A stretch of 64,000 bases of DNA, taken from contig JBMFQZ010000009.1 of assembly GCA_049968335.1 (NCBI GenBank), forward strand, positions 54,295 through 118,294. Reading direction: 5' to 3'. Below, piece after piece: positions 36,809-45,516 of this stretch. The translations under genes were made by a program, and so were the position numbers. Below the pieces are notes generated by a model. It was given only the letters and a program-made list of their open reading frames with translations. It was not told where the DNA came from and did no database searches. Each line of letters starts with the position of its first letter. Positions within the stretch are counted from its first letter, which is position 1. The DNA comes from Verrucomicrobiia bacterium (lineage in GTDB: Bacteria > Verrucomicrobiota > Verrucomicrobiia > Limisphaerales > JAKPVM01).

Positions 36809-38911
36809 ATGACCCCGATAAGACCATTATTTTACAATATTCATACTAATTATAAGTGGGCAGAACCGCTTGCTTATATATTAGGAGCGATTGCCGCATT
36901 CATTTGCATCTACGGAATATATTCTCATATAAGAAAATGGAAGACAGGCAGGGGAGAAGATTTCCCGGTGTTTTCACCACAACGGCTGAAGTCGTTCATA
37001 AAATTTGCGCTGATGCAGGGACGGCTTGTTTGCGACAAATATGCCCTGTTAATGCATCTTGCCATATTCTCTGGAATGGTTGTTCTGTTTTTAGGGACTG
37101 CTCTTGCGACAATTGATCAGGATGTTGCTCATCTATTGTTTGGCAATCAGATTTTAAAAGGGAGTTTTTATTTAAGTTATAAATTGTTTCTTGATTGGTT
37201 TGGCGCTCTATTAATTATTGGTCTTTTACTGGCGTTCATCAGGCGGTATCTACTAAAACTAGATAGATTAAAAAACCTTGTTTATCCGACCTTCCCCTTA
37301 GATTCATTTTATCTGCTTGGGATACTGCTTTTTATAGCAGCAAGCGGATTTTTTGTTGAAGCAATTCGTTTAGCAGCCACAAAACCGCCCTGGGCGGTTT
37401 ACTCTCCGGTCGGGAATTTAATTTCTGGATTATTTACGAGCCTTGATTCAAAAACTCTTTCTTCGCTCCATTTCTGCATCTGGTCATTGCACGGAGTGGC
37501 AGCCCTGACTTTTATTGCTTTAATACCTTATTCAAAGGCGTTTCACCTCTTTTCCTCTGCGGCAAATATTTATTTAAGGAATCTTAAACCTGTTGGGGCG
37601 CTGGTTGTAACTAATCCGGAGGGAGTGAGCAGACTTACAGATTTTACGTGGAGACAATTGCTGCAATTTGACGCCTGCACCTGGTGCGGAAGATGTCAGG
37701 AGATTTGCCCGGCGTATATTAGCGGCTCAAAGTTATCTCCAAAAAATGTTATAATGAAACTTGGATCGCAGTTGAGGGTTTTTAAACCGCAGAAAGAGCG
37801 TAAAAATGGAAACCAATCTAACAATCCATCCGCCATAGCGACTGATAATAAAGTTGATAGTTCTTCTCGGTTGGAGGTTAAGCCATTGCAGGAGACAGTT
37901 TTTGAGCCGTCAGAACTCTGGGCTTGCGCGACTTGCAGGGCGTGCGAAGAGGTCTGTCCGGTCTTCATTGAACAACCAAAGGCAATAATAGATATGCGTC
38001 GCTATCTTGTCGGTCAGGGGATAATGGATAAAACAGTTCAAGACGCGCTCAATAGCCTCAACAGGTATGGCAACTCATTCGCAAAATCAGACCGTATGCG
38101 AGCGAAATGGACGCAGGGGTTGACGGTAAAGATTAAGGACGCAAGAAAAGAGCCGGTTGAATGTCTCTGGTTTTTAGGTGATTACGCCAGTTTTGATCCG
38201 CGACTCACCGCTATAACACAGTTAAACGCAAAAATACTTTCAAATTGCGGCGTTGATTTTGGAATCCTTTACGAAGGGGAACGCAATTCCGGCAACGACG
38301 TTCGCAGAATCGGCGAAGAGGGTTTGTTTGAACTGTTAAGAGATAAGAACCTTGAAGCGTTTTCAAAAGTTCAATGGAAGAATGGAAGCAGATTAATAAT
38401 AACTACAGACCCGCACTCTTATAACACTTTAAAAAATGAATATGAATTAAGTACTAATGGCGAGAATGTCGTGGTTAAACATTACACGGAATTTTTCTTT
38501 GAGCTAATAAAAAGCGGGAAGTTGACTTTTAAGAAAAAACTCAACGGCAAGGTTACCTACCACGACCCCTGTTATTTAGGACGCTACAACGGGATTTATG
38601 AAGAACCGCGTCAAGTGATAACGGCGCTTGGGCTTGAACTTGTAGAGATGCCGAGAAACCGTTCGCGCAGTCATTGTTGCGGAGCCGGCGGCGGACGGAT
38701 GTGGATGGAAGACACCGATGAAATAAAAGAAAGACCTGCCGAAAATCGCGTCAAAGAGGCGGCTTCGCTAAATGATGTTGGGACAATTGTCGTAGCCTGT
38801 CCTAAAGACCTTGCAATGTTCAAAGACGCAGTCAAGACGACAGGCAACGAGGGACGACTTGTTGTTAAAGATATTGCCGAGCTGGTTGCTGAAGCAATGG
38901 AAATTCAGTGA
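36809..38911 (+). CDS. membrane-anchored Fe-S oxidoreductase: N-terminal multi-helix membrane domain fused to an HdrD-like module (2x[4Fe-4S] plus two CCG domains); candidate Etf:quinone oxidoreductase
   Basis: 700 aa with about 6 N-terminal TM helices, CTWCGRCQEICP and CATCRACEEVCP ferredoxin motifs, and CCG-type cysteine motifs (YHDPCYLGRYNG, CCGAGGG). It lies immediately downstream of etfBA. Confidence 0.8.
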   Translation: MTPIRPLFYNIHTNYKWAEPLAYILGAIAAFICIYGIYSHIRKWKTGRGEDFPVFSPQRLKSFIKFALMQGRLVCDKYALLMHLAIFSGMVVLFLGTALATIDQDVAHLLFGNQILKGSFYLSYKLFLDWFGALLIIGLLLAFIRRYLLKLDRLKNLVYPTFPLDSFYLLGILLFIAASGFFVEAIRLAATKPPWAVYSPVGNLISGLFTSLDSKTLSSLHFCIWSLHGVAALTFIALIPYSKAFHLFSSAANIYLRNLKPVGALVVTNPEGVSRLTDFTWRQLLQFDACTWCGRCQEICPAYISGSKLSPKNVIMKLGSQLRVFKPQKERKNGNQSNNPSAIATDNKVDSSSRLEVKPLQETVFEPSELWACATCRACEEVCPVFIEQPKAIIDMRRYLVGQGIMDKTVQDALNSLNRYGNSFAKSDRMRAKWTQGLTVKIKDARKEPVECLWFLGDYASFDPRLTAITQLNAKILSNCGVDFGILYEGERNSGNDVRRIGEEGLFELLRDKNLEAFSKVQWKNGSRLIITTDPHSYNTLKNEYELSTNGENVVVKHYTEFFFELIKSGKLTFKKKLNGKVTYHDPCYLGRYNGIYEEPRQVITALGLELVEMPRNRSRSHCCGAGGGRMWMEDTDEIKERPAENRVKEAASLNDVGTIVVACPKDLAMFKDAVKTTGNEGRLVVKDIAELVAEAMEIQ

Positions 38912-38990
38912 CGTAGATAACTCGCCACGAGCGGTGATTATTTTAATTTGAAGCACTTATTAAAACAAAATTTTCGAAAGGCATAAAATT

Positions 38991-40214
38991 ATGACAACGA
39001 GCGCAATAACAATAGAACATCCGGAACTGACTGTATGCAGGTTAGGAACAAACCTTGATAACCTGCTTGAACAACCGGAGGGACAACGGCTGTTGACCTG
39101 CATCCAGTGCGGGACCTGTTCAGGGACCTGCCCTTACGGGGAGTTTATGCAATATCCGCCACGTAAGATAATCGCAATGTTGCGGCGTGGACTTATTGAT
39201 GAGGTGTTGCAGAGCGACAGTATGTTAAAATGCGTTGCGTGTTATTCTTGTATGATAAAATGTCCGCGCGGGATACGGCTCTCAGACGTTTTGCTGCCGC
39301 TGGTTAAAGAGCAGACTTTAATTCGCGCCACAGAAATGCCTGCTGAATTGCAACGTTCGCTTCAGAATACTTTAAGATATGGCAATCCGATGGGCGAAAG
39401 TTCACGCAAACGCGCCGCGTGGGTTGCTACTTCAAAATATCCTGTGCCAATAATGTCCGAAATCAGGCGGCCTGTGGATGTTCTCTGGTTTGTTGAGTGC
39501 TACACATCTTATTATGCCAGGGGGCAAGATAACAGCCGCGCGGTGGCGAAAATCTTCAACAAACTCGGAATTGATTTTGCCATTCTGGGGAACGAGGAGA
39601 AATGCGCCGGCGACTGCGGTCAACTCACATGGGAGTCGGGTCTTTTTGAAACCCTTACAGACTATAATATGGTCATTTTCAGGAAATACGATTTCAACCG
39701 CATAGTAACTGGCGACCCTCATGCGTTCAACGCCTTTAGGGTGCGTTATCCAATGTATGGATTTAACTACGAGGTCTGGCACACAACGCCGTTCATCGCG
39801 CAATATCTGAATAAATTAAAACCGCTCCTTAAAAAACCGCTCAATATTACAGTTACATACCACGATTCTTGCTGTGTGGGACGGCGAGCTGGATTTTACG
39901 AAGAAGGTCGGGCGCTGCTCAAAGCAATTCCAGGGGTAAAACTTGTTGAAATGGTCCACAACCATATGAACTCCATCTGCTGTGGCGGCGGTGGCGGCGG
40001 CATGTGGTTAGATACTTATTTCAAACAGAAGGGAATGGAGCGATTGTCGGAAAGGAGAATAAAAGAAGCGATTGCGACCGGCGCGGATGTCCTTGCGGTT
40101 TCATGTCCGTATGAGATTTACCGATTTGAAGACGCGTTAAAGACGGTTCCGCACGAAAAACCGATGATTGTCCGCGATGTTGTGGAACTTCTGGCTGAAT
40201 CTATGGAAGACTGA
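38991..40214 (+). CDS. soluble HdrD-like (fused HdrC/HdrB-type) heterodisulfide-reductase-related Fe-S protein
   Basis: 407 aa with CIQCGTCSGTCP and CVACYSCMIKCP, then CCG motifs (KCAGDCG, YHDSCCVGRRAG, CCGGGGGG). I saw no TM segment. Confidence 0.8.
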   Translation: MTTSAITIEHPELTVCRLGTNLDNLLEQPEGQRLLTCIQCGTCSGTCPYGEFMQYPPRKIIAMLRRGLIDEVLQSDSMLKCVACYSCMIKCPRGIRLSDVLLPLVKEQTLIRATEMPAELQRSLQNTLRYGNPMGESSRKRAAWVATSKYPVPIMSEIRRPVDVLWFVECYTSYYARGQDNSRAVAKIFNKLGIDFAILGNEEKCAGDCGQLTWESGLFETLTDYNMVIFRKYDFNRIVTGDPHAFNAFRVRYPMYGFNYEVWHTTPFIAQYLNKLKPLLKKPLNITVTYHDSCCVGRRAGFYEEGRALLKAIPGVKLVEMVHNHMNSICCGGGGGGMWLDTYFKQKGMERLSERRIKEAIATGADVLAVSCPYEIYRFEDALKTVPHEKPMIVRDVVELLAESMED

Positions 40215-40244
40215 TTTAAACAATTAACCGGAGGGTTTGAAGTT

Positions 40245-42248
40245 ATGATGACACCAAAAAAATATGATCCGATACGCATAGGTTACTACATCTGCCATTG
40301 CGGCACAAATATCGCCGGGGTCATTGATGTTGATGCTGTCGCAAAATACATTGCAAAACTGCCAAATGTGGTTATCTCGCGTACTTATAAATATATGTGT
40401 TCTGACCCGGGGCAAAAACTGATTCAGGACGATATTAAGGAGAATAATTTAAACCGCATTGTAGTAGCCGCGTGTTCGCCTCTTTTGCATGAAGCAACAT
40501 TCAGAAACGCTGTTAAAAAAACCGGGTTAAATCCGTATTACTTCCAGATGGTCAATGTGCGCGAACACGACGCATGGGTGCATCAGGATAAAGTGGAAGC
40601 AACGCGAAAGGCAATGGCGCTTTCTCGAGCGGCAATAGAAAGGGTTCCTATTCATAAGCCTCTGGACATCAAAAAAATTCCTATTAATCCCGCAGTCCTT
40701 ATTGTCGGCGGCGGCATAGCCGGCATTCATAGCGCCCTTGTTCTTGCCAATGCGGGCAAACATGTTTATCTGGTTGAACGGGAGCCGACGATCGGCGGGC
40801 ATATGGCGAAATTTGATAAAACCTTCCCAACCCTTGATTGCGCGGCTTGTGTTCTGACTCCAAAGATGGCGGCTGTCGGCAAGCATCCAAATATTACCCT
40901 CTGGACATACTCGGATGTTATTAAAGTAGATGGTTACGTGGGGAATTACAAAGTTACTGTTCGAAGGCGTCCAAGGTATGTAATAGAAGACCTTTGCACT
41001 GGATGTCTGGAGTGCATAGACGCCTGCGTTTATAAAGAGCCAAAATTCCCGGATGAATTTAATTTAGGTCTCGGCAAACGAAAACCTGTTTATTTGCCAT
41101 TCGCTCAAGCAATCCCGTCTGTGGCCACAATAGACCCGAACACTTGCATTGAATTAAAGACTGGCAAATGCAAGAAAACCTGCGTAGAAGCCTGCGGAGA
41201 TAGAAAAGCCATTGATTTTAAACAACAGGAAGTAATTAAAGAAATCACTGTTGGAACAATAATAATTGCGACTGGATTCAAGACCTTTGACCCAAGGAAG
41301 ATTCTCTATTACGGCTACGGTGTATATCCAAACGTAATCACCTCGCTTGAAGCGGAGCGGTTGTTGAACGCGGCAGGTCCCACGGGAGGCGAATTCCTTA
41401 CAAAAGAAGGCCGCAAACCGGTGCGTGTAGCCATTATCCACTGTGTTGGTTCTCGCGATGAAAATACAAACCGTTGGTGTTCGCGCGTATGCTGTCTATA
41501 TTCCTTAAAACTTGCTCATCTCATCCATGAAAGAACCGGCGCGGAGGTTTACAACTTTTACATTGATATTCGAACGCCCGGCAAGAGTATGGAAGAATTC
41601 TACACGCGCGTTGCCGAAGAAGGGATAAACTTTGTCCGTGGCAAAGTCGCCGATATTTATCCTGATCCATCGGACGGTTCAACAGGCAAGTTAGTTGTTC
41701 AGGCAGAAGACACTCTGCTCGGCAGGATTTTAAAAGTGCCTGTGGATATGGTTGTGCTTTCCGTCGGTCTTGAGCCCGACCCGGAAGCAGAAAATATTAG
41801 AAAGATGTTCAATTTAAGTTGTAGCGCGGAAGGTTGGCTTCTCGAAAGGCATCCAAAACTTGCTCCAGTTAGTTCGTTCAACGATGGCATCTTCATCGCT
41901 GGCTGTTGCCAGGGACCAAAAGATATCCCCGACACCGTTGCGCAAGCAGGCGCTGCTGCAGCTGAAGCGTTCAGTCTAATTGACCTTGGAAATATTGAAA
42001 TGGAACCAAACACGGCATACATAATAGAATCCGAATGTTCGGGCTGCAAATCCTGCATCTCTCTCTGTCCGTATTCGGCAATCTCGTTTGACACTGTTAA
42101 GAAGAAATCCGTTATAAATGAAGCCTTATGCAAAGGGTGCGGAACTTGTGTTGCTTCTTGCCCTTCTGGCTCAATTGTGCAAAACTTATTTGAAGATAGC
42201 GAAATTATTAGCGAAATTAATGGACTTTTGGAACCATTACAGATATAA
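40245..42248 (+). CDS. hdrA: HdrA-like FAD- and Fe-S-containing heterodisulfide reductase subunit A
   Basis: 667 aa with N-terminal YYICHCGTNIAG, FAD fold VGGGIAGIHSAL, internal cysteine clusters, and C-terminal CSGCKSCISLCP...CKGCGTCVASCP. Confidence 0.9.
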   Translation: MMTPKKYDPIRIGYYICHCGTNIAGVIDVDAVAKYIAKLPNVVISRTYKYMCSDPGQKLIQDDIKENNLNRIVVAACSPLLHEATFRNAVKKTGLNPYYFQMVNVREHDAWVHQDKVEATRKAMALSRAAIERVPIHKPLDIKKIPINPAVLIVGGGIAGIHSALVLANAGKHVYLVEREPTIGGHMAKFDKTFPTLDCAACVLTPKMAAVGKHPNITLWTYSDVIKVDGYVGNYKVTVRRRPRYVIEDLCTGCLECIDACVYKEPKFPDEFNLGLGKRKPVYLPFAQAIPSVATIDPNTCIELKTGKCKKTCVEACGDRKAIDFKQQEVIKEITVGTIIIATGFKTFDPRKILYYGYGVYPNVITSLEAERLLNAAGPTGGEFLTKEGRKPVRVAIIHCVGSRDENTNRWCSRVCCLYSLKLAHLIHERTGAEVYNFYIDIRTPGKSMEEFYTRVAEEGINFVRGKVADIYPDPSDGSTGKLVVQAEDTLLGRILKVPVDMVVLSVGLEPDPEAENIRKMFNLSCSAEGWLLERHPKLAPVSSFNDGIFIAGCCQGPKDIPDTVAQAGAAAAEAFSLIDLGNIEMEPNTAYIIESECSGCKSCISLCPYSAISFDTVKKKSVINEALCKGCGTCVASCPSGSIVQNLFEDSEIISEINGLLEPLQI

Positions 42249-42274
42249 TCGGTATTTATTTAATAAGGATTACC

Positions 42275-42799
42275 ATGGCAAACGAAGTTAAAAATGATAG
42301 CAATAACGGAAATTGGTCGCCGCGAATAGTGGCGTTTTTCTGCAATTGGTGCACCTACACGGCGGCAGACCTCGCGGGAGTTTCCCGTATGAAATACGCT
42401 CCAAACATACGGGTGATTCGCCTGATGTGTTCTGGACGCGTTGATCCGCAGTTCATTCTTGAAGCGCTGGCTCGGGGCGCTGACGGCGTTTTAATTGGCG
42501 GCTGTCACCCCGGCGATTGCCATTACTCAGAAGGCAATTATAAATGCCTGCGCAGGTTCAAGATGTTAAAGCGGATGTTAAACGATATGGGGATTGAAGA
42601 CAAGAGGGTGCGGCTGGAATGGATCAGCGCCGCCGAGGGCGAAAAAGTAAAGCGGGTCGTGAATGAAATGGTTGCGGAAATTCAAGAATTAGGACCGCTC
42701 GGCATTCCCAAGAAGTTTGAGGAGTGGGATAGAGAAATAGAACATTTAAAGCAACATATTGAAACACAGGAATTTAAACAGGAAACAGTTAAACAATAG
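42275..42799 (+). CDS. mvhD: MvhD-like (methyl-viologen-reducing hydrogenase delta subunit) protein
   Basis: VAFFCNWCTYTAADLAG...IRLMCSGRVDP...GADGVLIGGCHPGDCHY is the canonical MvhD/FlpD pattern. Confidence 0.9.
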   Translation: MANEVKNDSNNGNWSPRIVAFFCNWCTYTAADLAGVSRMKYAPNIRVIRLMCSGRVDPQFILEALARGADGVLIGGCHPGDCHYSEGNYKCLRRFKMLKRMLNDMGIEDKRVRLEWISAAEGEKVKRVVNEMVAEIQELGPLGIPKKFEEWDREIEHLKQHIETQEFKQETVKQ

Positions 42800-42819
42800 T
42801 TTTTTGAAAGGGCTTTATT

Positions 42820-43803
42820 ATGGCGAAACCTAAAATTGCGATTTACTGGTGCGCTTCTTGCGGCGGATGCGAGGAAGCGGTTGTTGACCTTGCGGAGGAC
42901 ATACTCGGAGTAGTAGAAAAACTGGATATTGTTCTCTGGCCTGTGGCGATGGATTTTAAAAGAAAAGATATTGAGGCAATGCCGGATAAATCCATAGTCG
43001 CCACTCTGCTTAATGGCGCTATCCGAACCTCGGAACAGGAAGAGATGGCGCATCTATTGCGGCGAAAAAGCGTTTATATGATCGCCTACGGCGCCTGTTC
43101 TCATCTTGGGGGCATCCCCGGTCTGGCAAATCAGTTTTCAAAAGAGCAGATTCTCAAGTTTGTCTATGAAGACGCTCCGACGGATGTTAATCCAGAAAAA
43201 ACGCGTCCTCTGCCGCACTCAAAGGTTAACGGACACGATCTTGAACTCCCTGTCTTTAGAAATGTGGTCAGAACTCTGGACCAGGTTGTGGATGTGGATT
43301 ATTACATCCCGGGATGTCCTCCAACACCTCAAATTACAAAAAACGCGATTGCCACTCTTTTAGATGGTAGACTGCCGGCAAAAGGAAGCGTTCTTGCGCC
43401 GGATGTCGCACTTTGCGATGAATGCCCGCGCAAAGAGACAAAGCCGCCAGAGTTCAGTTTCAAAGAATTCTATCGTCCACATCAAAAACCAATTGACCCT
43501 GAACAATGTCTCCTTGCGCAAGGACTTGTATGTCTGGGTCCTGCTACCCGCGCTGGTTGTGGGGCACTTTGCCCCAGAGGTAATATGCCTTGCACAGGAT
43601 GTTTTGGTCCCACTTCCCGCGTAAAAGACCAAGGCGCAAAGATGCTATCTTCCATTTGCGCAAATGTTGAGCCTAAGACCGATGAGGAAATTGACAAGGT
43701 ACTCGCGGGAATACCTGACCCGGTCGGAACATTTTATCGTTACGGTCTTGCGAAGAGCATTCTCCGAAGGAGAATTGACCTGCCGTTCAATGACGGAAAG
43801 TAA
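42820..43803 (+). CDS. mvhG: [NiFe] hydrogenase small subunit, MvhG-like (group 3)
   Basis: KIAIYWCASCGGCEEAVVDL N-terminus, YIPGCPP proximal-cluster motif, further Cys clusters, and no Tat signal, consistent with a cytoplasmic enzyme. Confidence 0.85.
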   Translation: MAKPKIAIYWCASCGGCEEAVVDLAEDILGVVEKLDIVLWPVAMDFKRKDIEAMPDKSIVATLLNGAIRTSEQEEMAHLLRRKSVYMIAYGACSHLGGIPGLANQFSKEQILKFVYEDAPTDVNPEKTRPLPHSKVNGHDLELPVFRNVVRTLDQVVDVDYYIPGCPPTPQITKNAIATLLDGRLPAKGSVLAPDVALCDECPRKETKPPEFSFKEFYRPHQKPIDPEQCLLAQGLVCLGPATRAGCGALCPRGNMPCTGCFGPTSRVKDQGAKMLSSICANVEPKTDEEIDKVLAGIPDPVGTFYRYGLAKSILRRRIDLPFNDGK

Positions 43804-43846
43804 CCTTTAAACCAGAACCAGAAACCTTTAAAAAGATAGATTTATT

Positions 43847-45376
43847 ATGGATAAAGCAGTAGAGCAAGTTTGGAATCAGGCAAATCAACAGGCAAACGCC
43901 AATTACATTCAATCAAGACGTCGCGCGGTTGTTGATCCGATAACCCGTCTTGAAGGTCACGGCAAGATTGACATCTTTTTGAACGACAGGGGCGATGTGG
44001 AGCGCGCTTATCTCCAGATACCTGAGTTGCGCGGATTTGAGGTCTTTTCCATAGGTCGCCCGGCGGAAGATATGCCGCAGATTACAAGCCGTATCTGCGG
44101 TGTTTGCCCAACCGCTCATCATATGGCGGCAACAAAGGCGTTGGATGACCTTTATAAAGTCCAGCCGACACCAACGGCGCGAAAACTTCGGGAACTGGTG
44201 TATAACGCCTTTATGTTTGAAGACCACACGCTCCATGTTTACATCCTTGGCGGACCGGACTTTATCGTTGGACCTGAAGCGCCTGCCGCTGAACGCAATG
44301 TCGTTGGAGTAATTAATAAGGTTGGTCTTGAAGTTGGCAAAAAGGTCATCGGGATTCGCAGACGAGTGCGTCAAATGATGACTGAACTCGCCGGTAAAGT
44401 TATTCATCCGGTATTCGGATTGCCCGGCGGCGTGGCAAAAGCAATGGACCCGGCAAAATTGCCAGAATATAAAGAGATTGCGAAAGACGCCCTTGATTTT
44501 GCCTTATTCACGCTTCAGGTGTTCAAGGATATAGTGCTAAAAAATCAGGACTATGTAAAACTAATCACATCCGATGCCTTTACTCACAAGACCTATTATA
44601 TGGGGCTTGTTGATGAGAAGAACAGGGTCAATTTTTATGACGGTCAGTTGCGAGTTGTAACTCCAGATGGAAAAGAATACGCCAAATTCCCGGTTCAGAA
44701 ATATCGCGACTTTGTTGCTGAACACACAGAACCGTGGAGTTACATCAAATTCTGTTATCTAAAACCGGTTGGTTGGAAAGGGTTTGAAGAAGGAGAACAG
44801 AGCGGCGTTTATGCAGTGGCTCCGCTCGCGCGGCTTAACGCGGCTGATGGAATGGCGACGCCGCAGGCGCAAAAAGCCTACGAAGAATTCTTCAACACGC
44901 TTGGCGGAAAACCGGTTCATCACACACTTGCCACACACTACGCGCGTGTGGTTGAGATCATTCAGGCGGCGGAGACAATGGTTCAACTTCTTAACGACCC
45001 AGAAATTACAGGCAAGGATATTCGCAATATTCCAACAGAAAAACCGACCGTTGGCGTTGGTGTTGTTGAAGCTCCGCGCGGAACATTGTTCCATCATTAT
45101 GAAACCGATGAACAGGGGCTTATCAAGATGGCGAACCTGATTGTTGCTACGCAGAACAATGCCGCTCGCATTGCAATGAGCGTGGATAGAGCCGCTAAGG
45201 GGCTTATTAAAAACGGCGTTGTTAGCGAGGGGTTGTTGAATAAAATTGAAATGGCGTTCCGCGCTTACGACCCGTGTTTTGGTTGCGCCACGCACTCATT
45301 GCCAGGAAGCACGCCGCTCGTGGTGAATATTTACAATGATAAAAATCAGTTGGTTAATCAGTTAATTCAGGGTTAA
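43847..45376 (+). CDS. mvhA: [NiFe] hydrogenase large subunit, MvhA-like (group 3c-like)
   Basis: ITRLEGHGKI, N-terminal Ni-binding RICGVCPTAHH, and C-terminal DPCFGCATH followed by a 26-aa extension. Confidence 0.9.
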   Translation: MDKAVEQVWNQANQQANANYIQSRRRAVVDPITRLEGHGKIDIFLNDRGDVERAYLQIPELRGFEVFSIGRPAEDMPQITSRICGVCPTAHHMAATKALDDLYKVQPTPTARKLRELVYNAFMFEDHTLHVYILGGPDFIVGPEAPAAERNVVGVINKVGLEVGKKVIGIRRRVRQMMTELAGKVIHPVFGLPGGVAKAMDPAKLPEYKEIAKDALDFALFTLQVFKDIVLKNQDYVKLITSDAFTHKTYYMGLVDEKNRVNFYDGQLRVVTPDGKEYAKFPVQKYRDFVAEHTEPWSYIKFCYLKPVGWKGFEEGEQSGVYAVAPLARLNAADGMATPQAQKAYEEFFNTLGGKPVHHTLATHYARVVEIIQAAETMVQLLNDPEITGKDIRNIPTEKPTVGVGVVEAPRGTLFHHYETDEQGLIKMANLIVATQNNAARIAMSVDRAAKGLIKNGVVSEGLLNKIEMAFRAYDPCFGCATHSLPGSTPLVVNIYNDKNQLVNQLIQG

Positions 45377-45401
45377 CCGCAGGTCTTACAACAATTAGAA
45401 C

Positions 45402-45440
45402 AGACCCGAATCCGAGCGCAGGATTCGGGTCTTTATTTAT
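45402..45440 (+). terminator. rho-independent terminator after the hydrogenase operon
   Basis: 12-bp perfect stem agacccgaatcc / ggattcgggtct with a 7-nt loop gagcgca, followed by ttatttat; 26 nt after the mvhA stop. Confidence 0.8.
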
Positions 45441-45516
45441 ATATTGAAGCATATAGAATTATTACAAAGAAAGATGATGATTTTGTTTAGATCAACGCGC
45501 AAAATAGGATAAACAG

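Noticed and set aside
43913-45295. 164-aa and 178-aa minus-strand ORFs, and two plus-strand alternate-frame ORFs, inside mvhA
   Set aside because: They overlap the hydrogenase large-subunit gene, which has both Ni-binding motifs, and their own sequences are unrecognisable.
38991-45376. Selenocysteine (in-frame TGA) in the Hdr/Mvh subunits
   Set aside because: All five ORFs are continuous with Cys at the expected cluster and Ni-ligand positions. There are no interrupted frames and no SECIS-like need.
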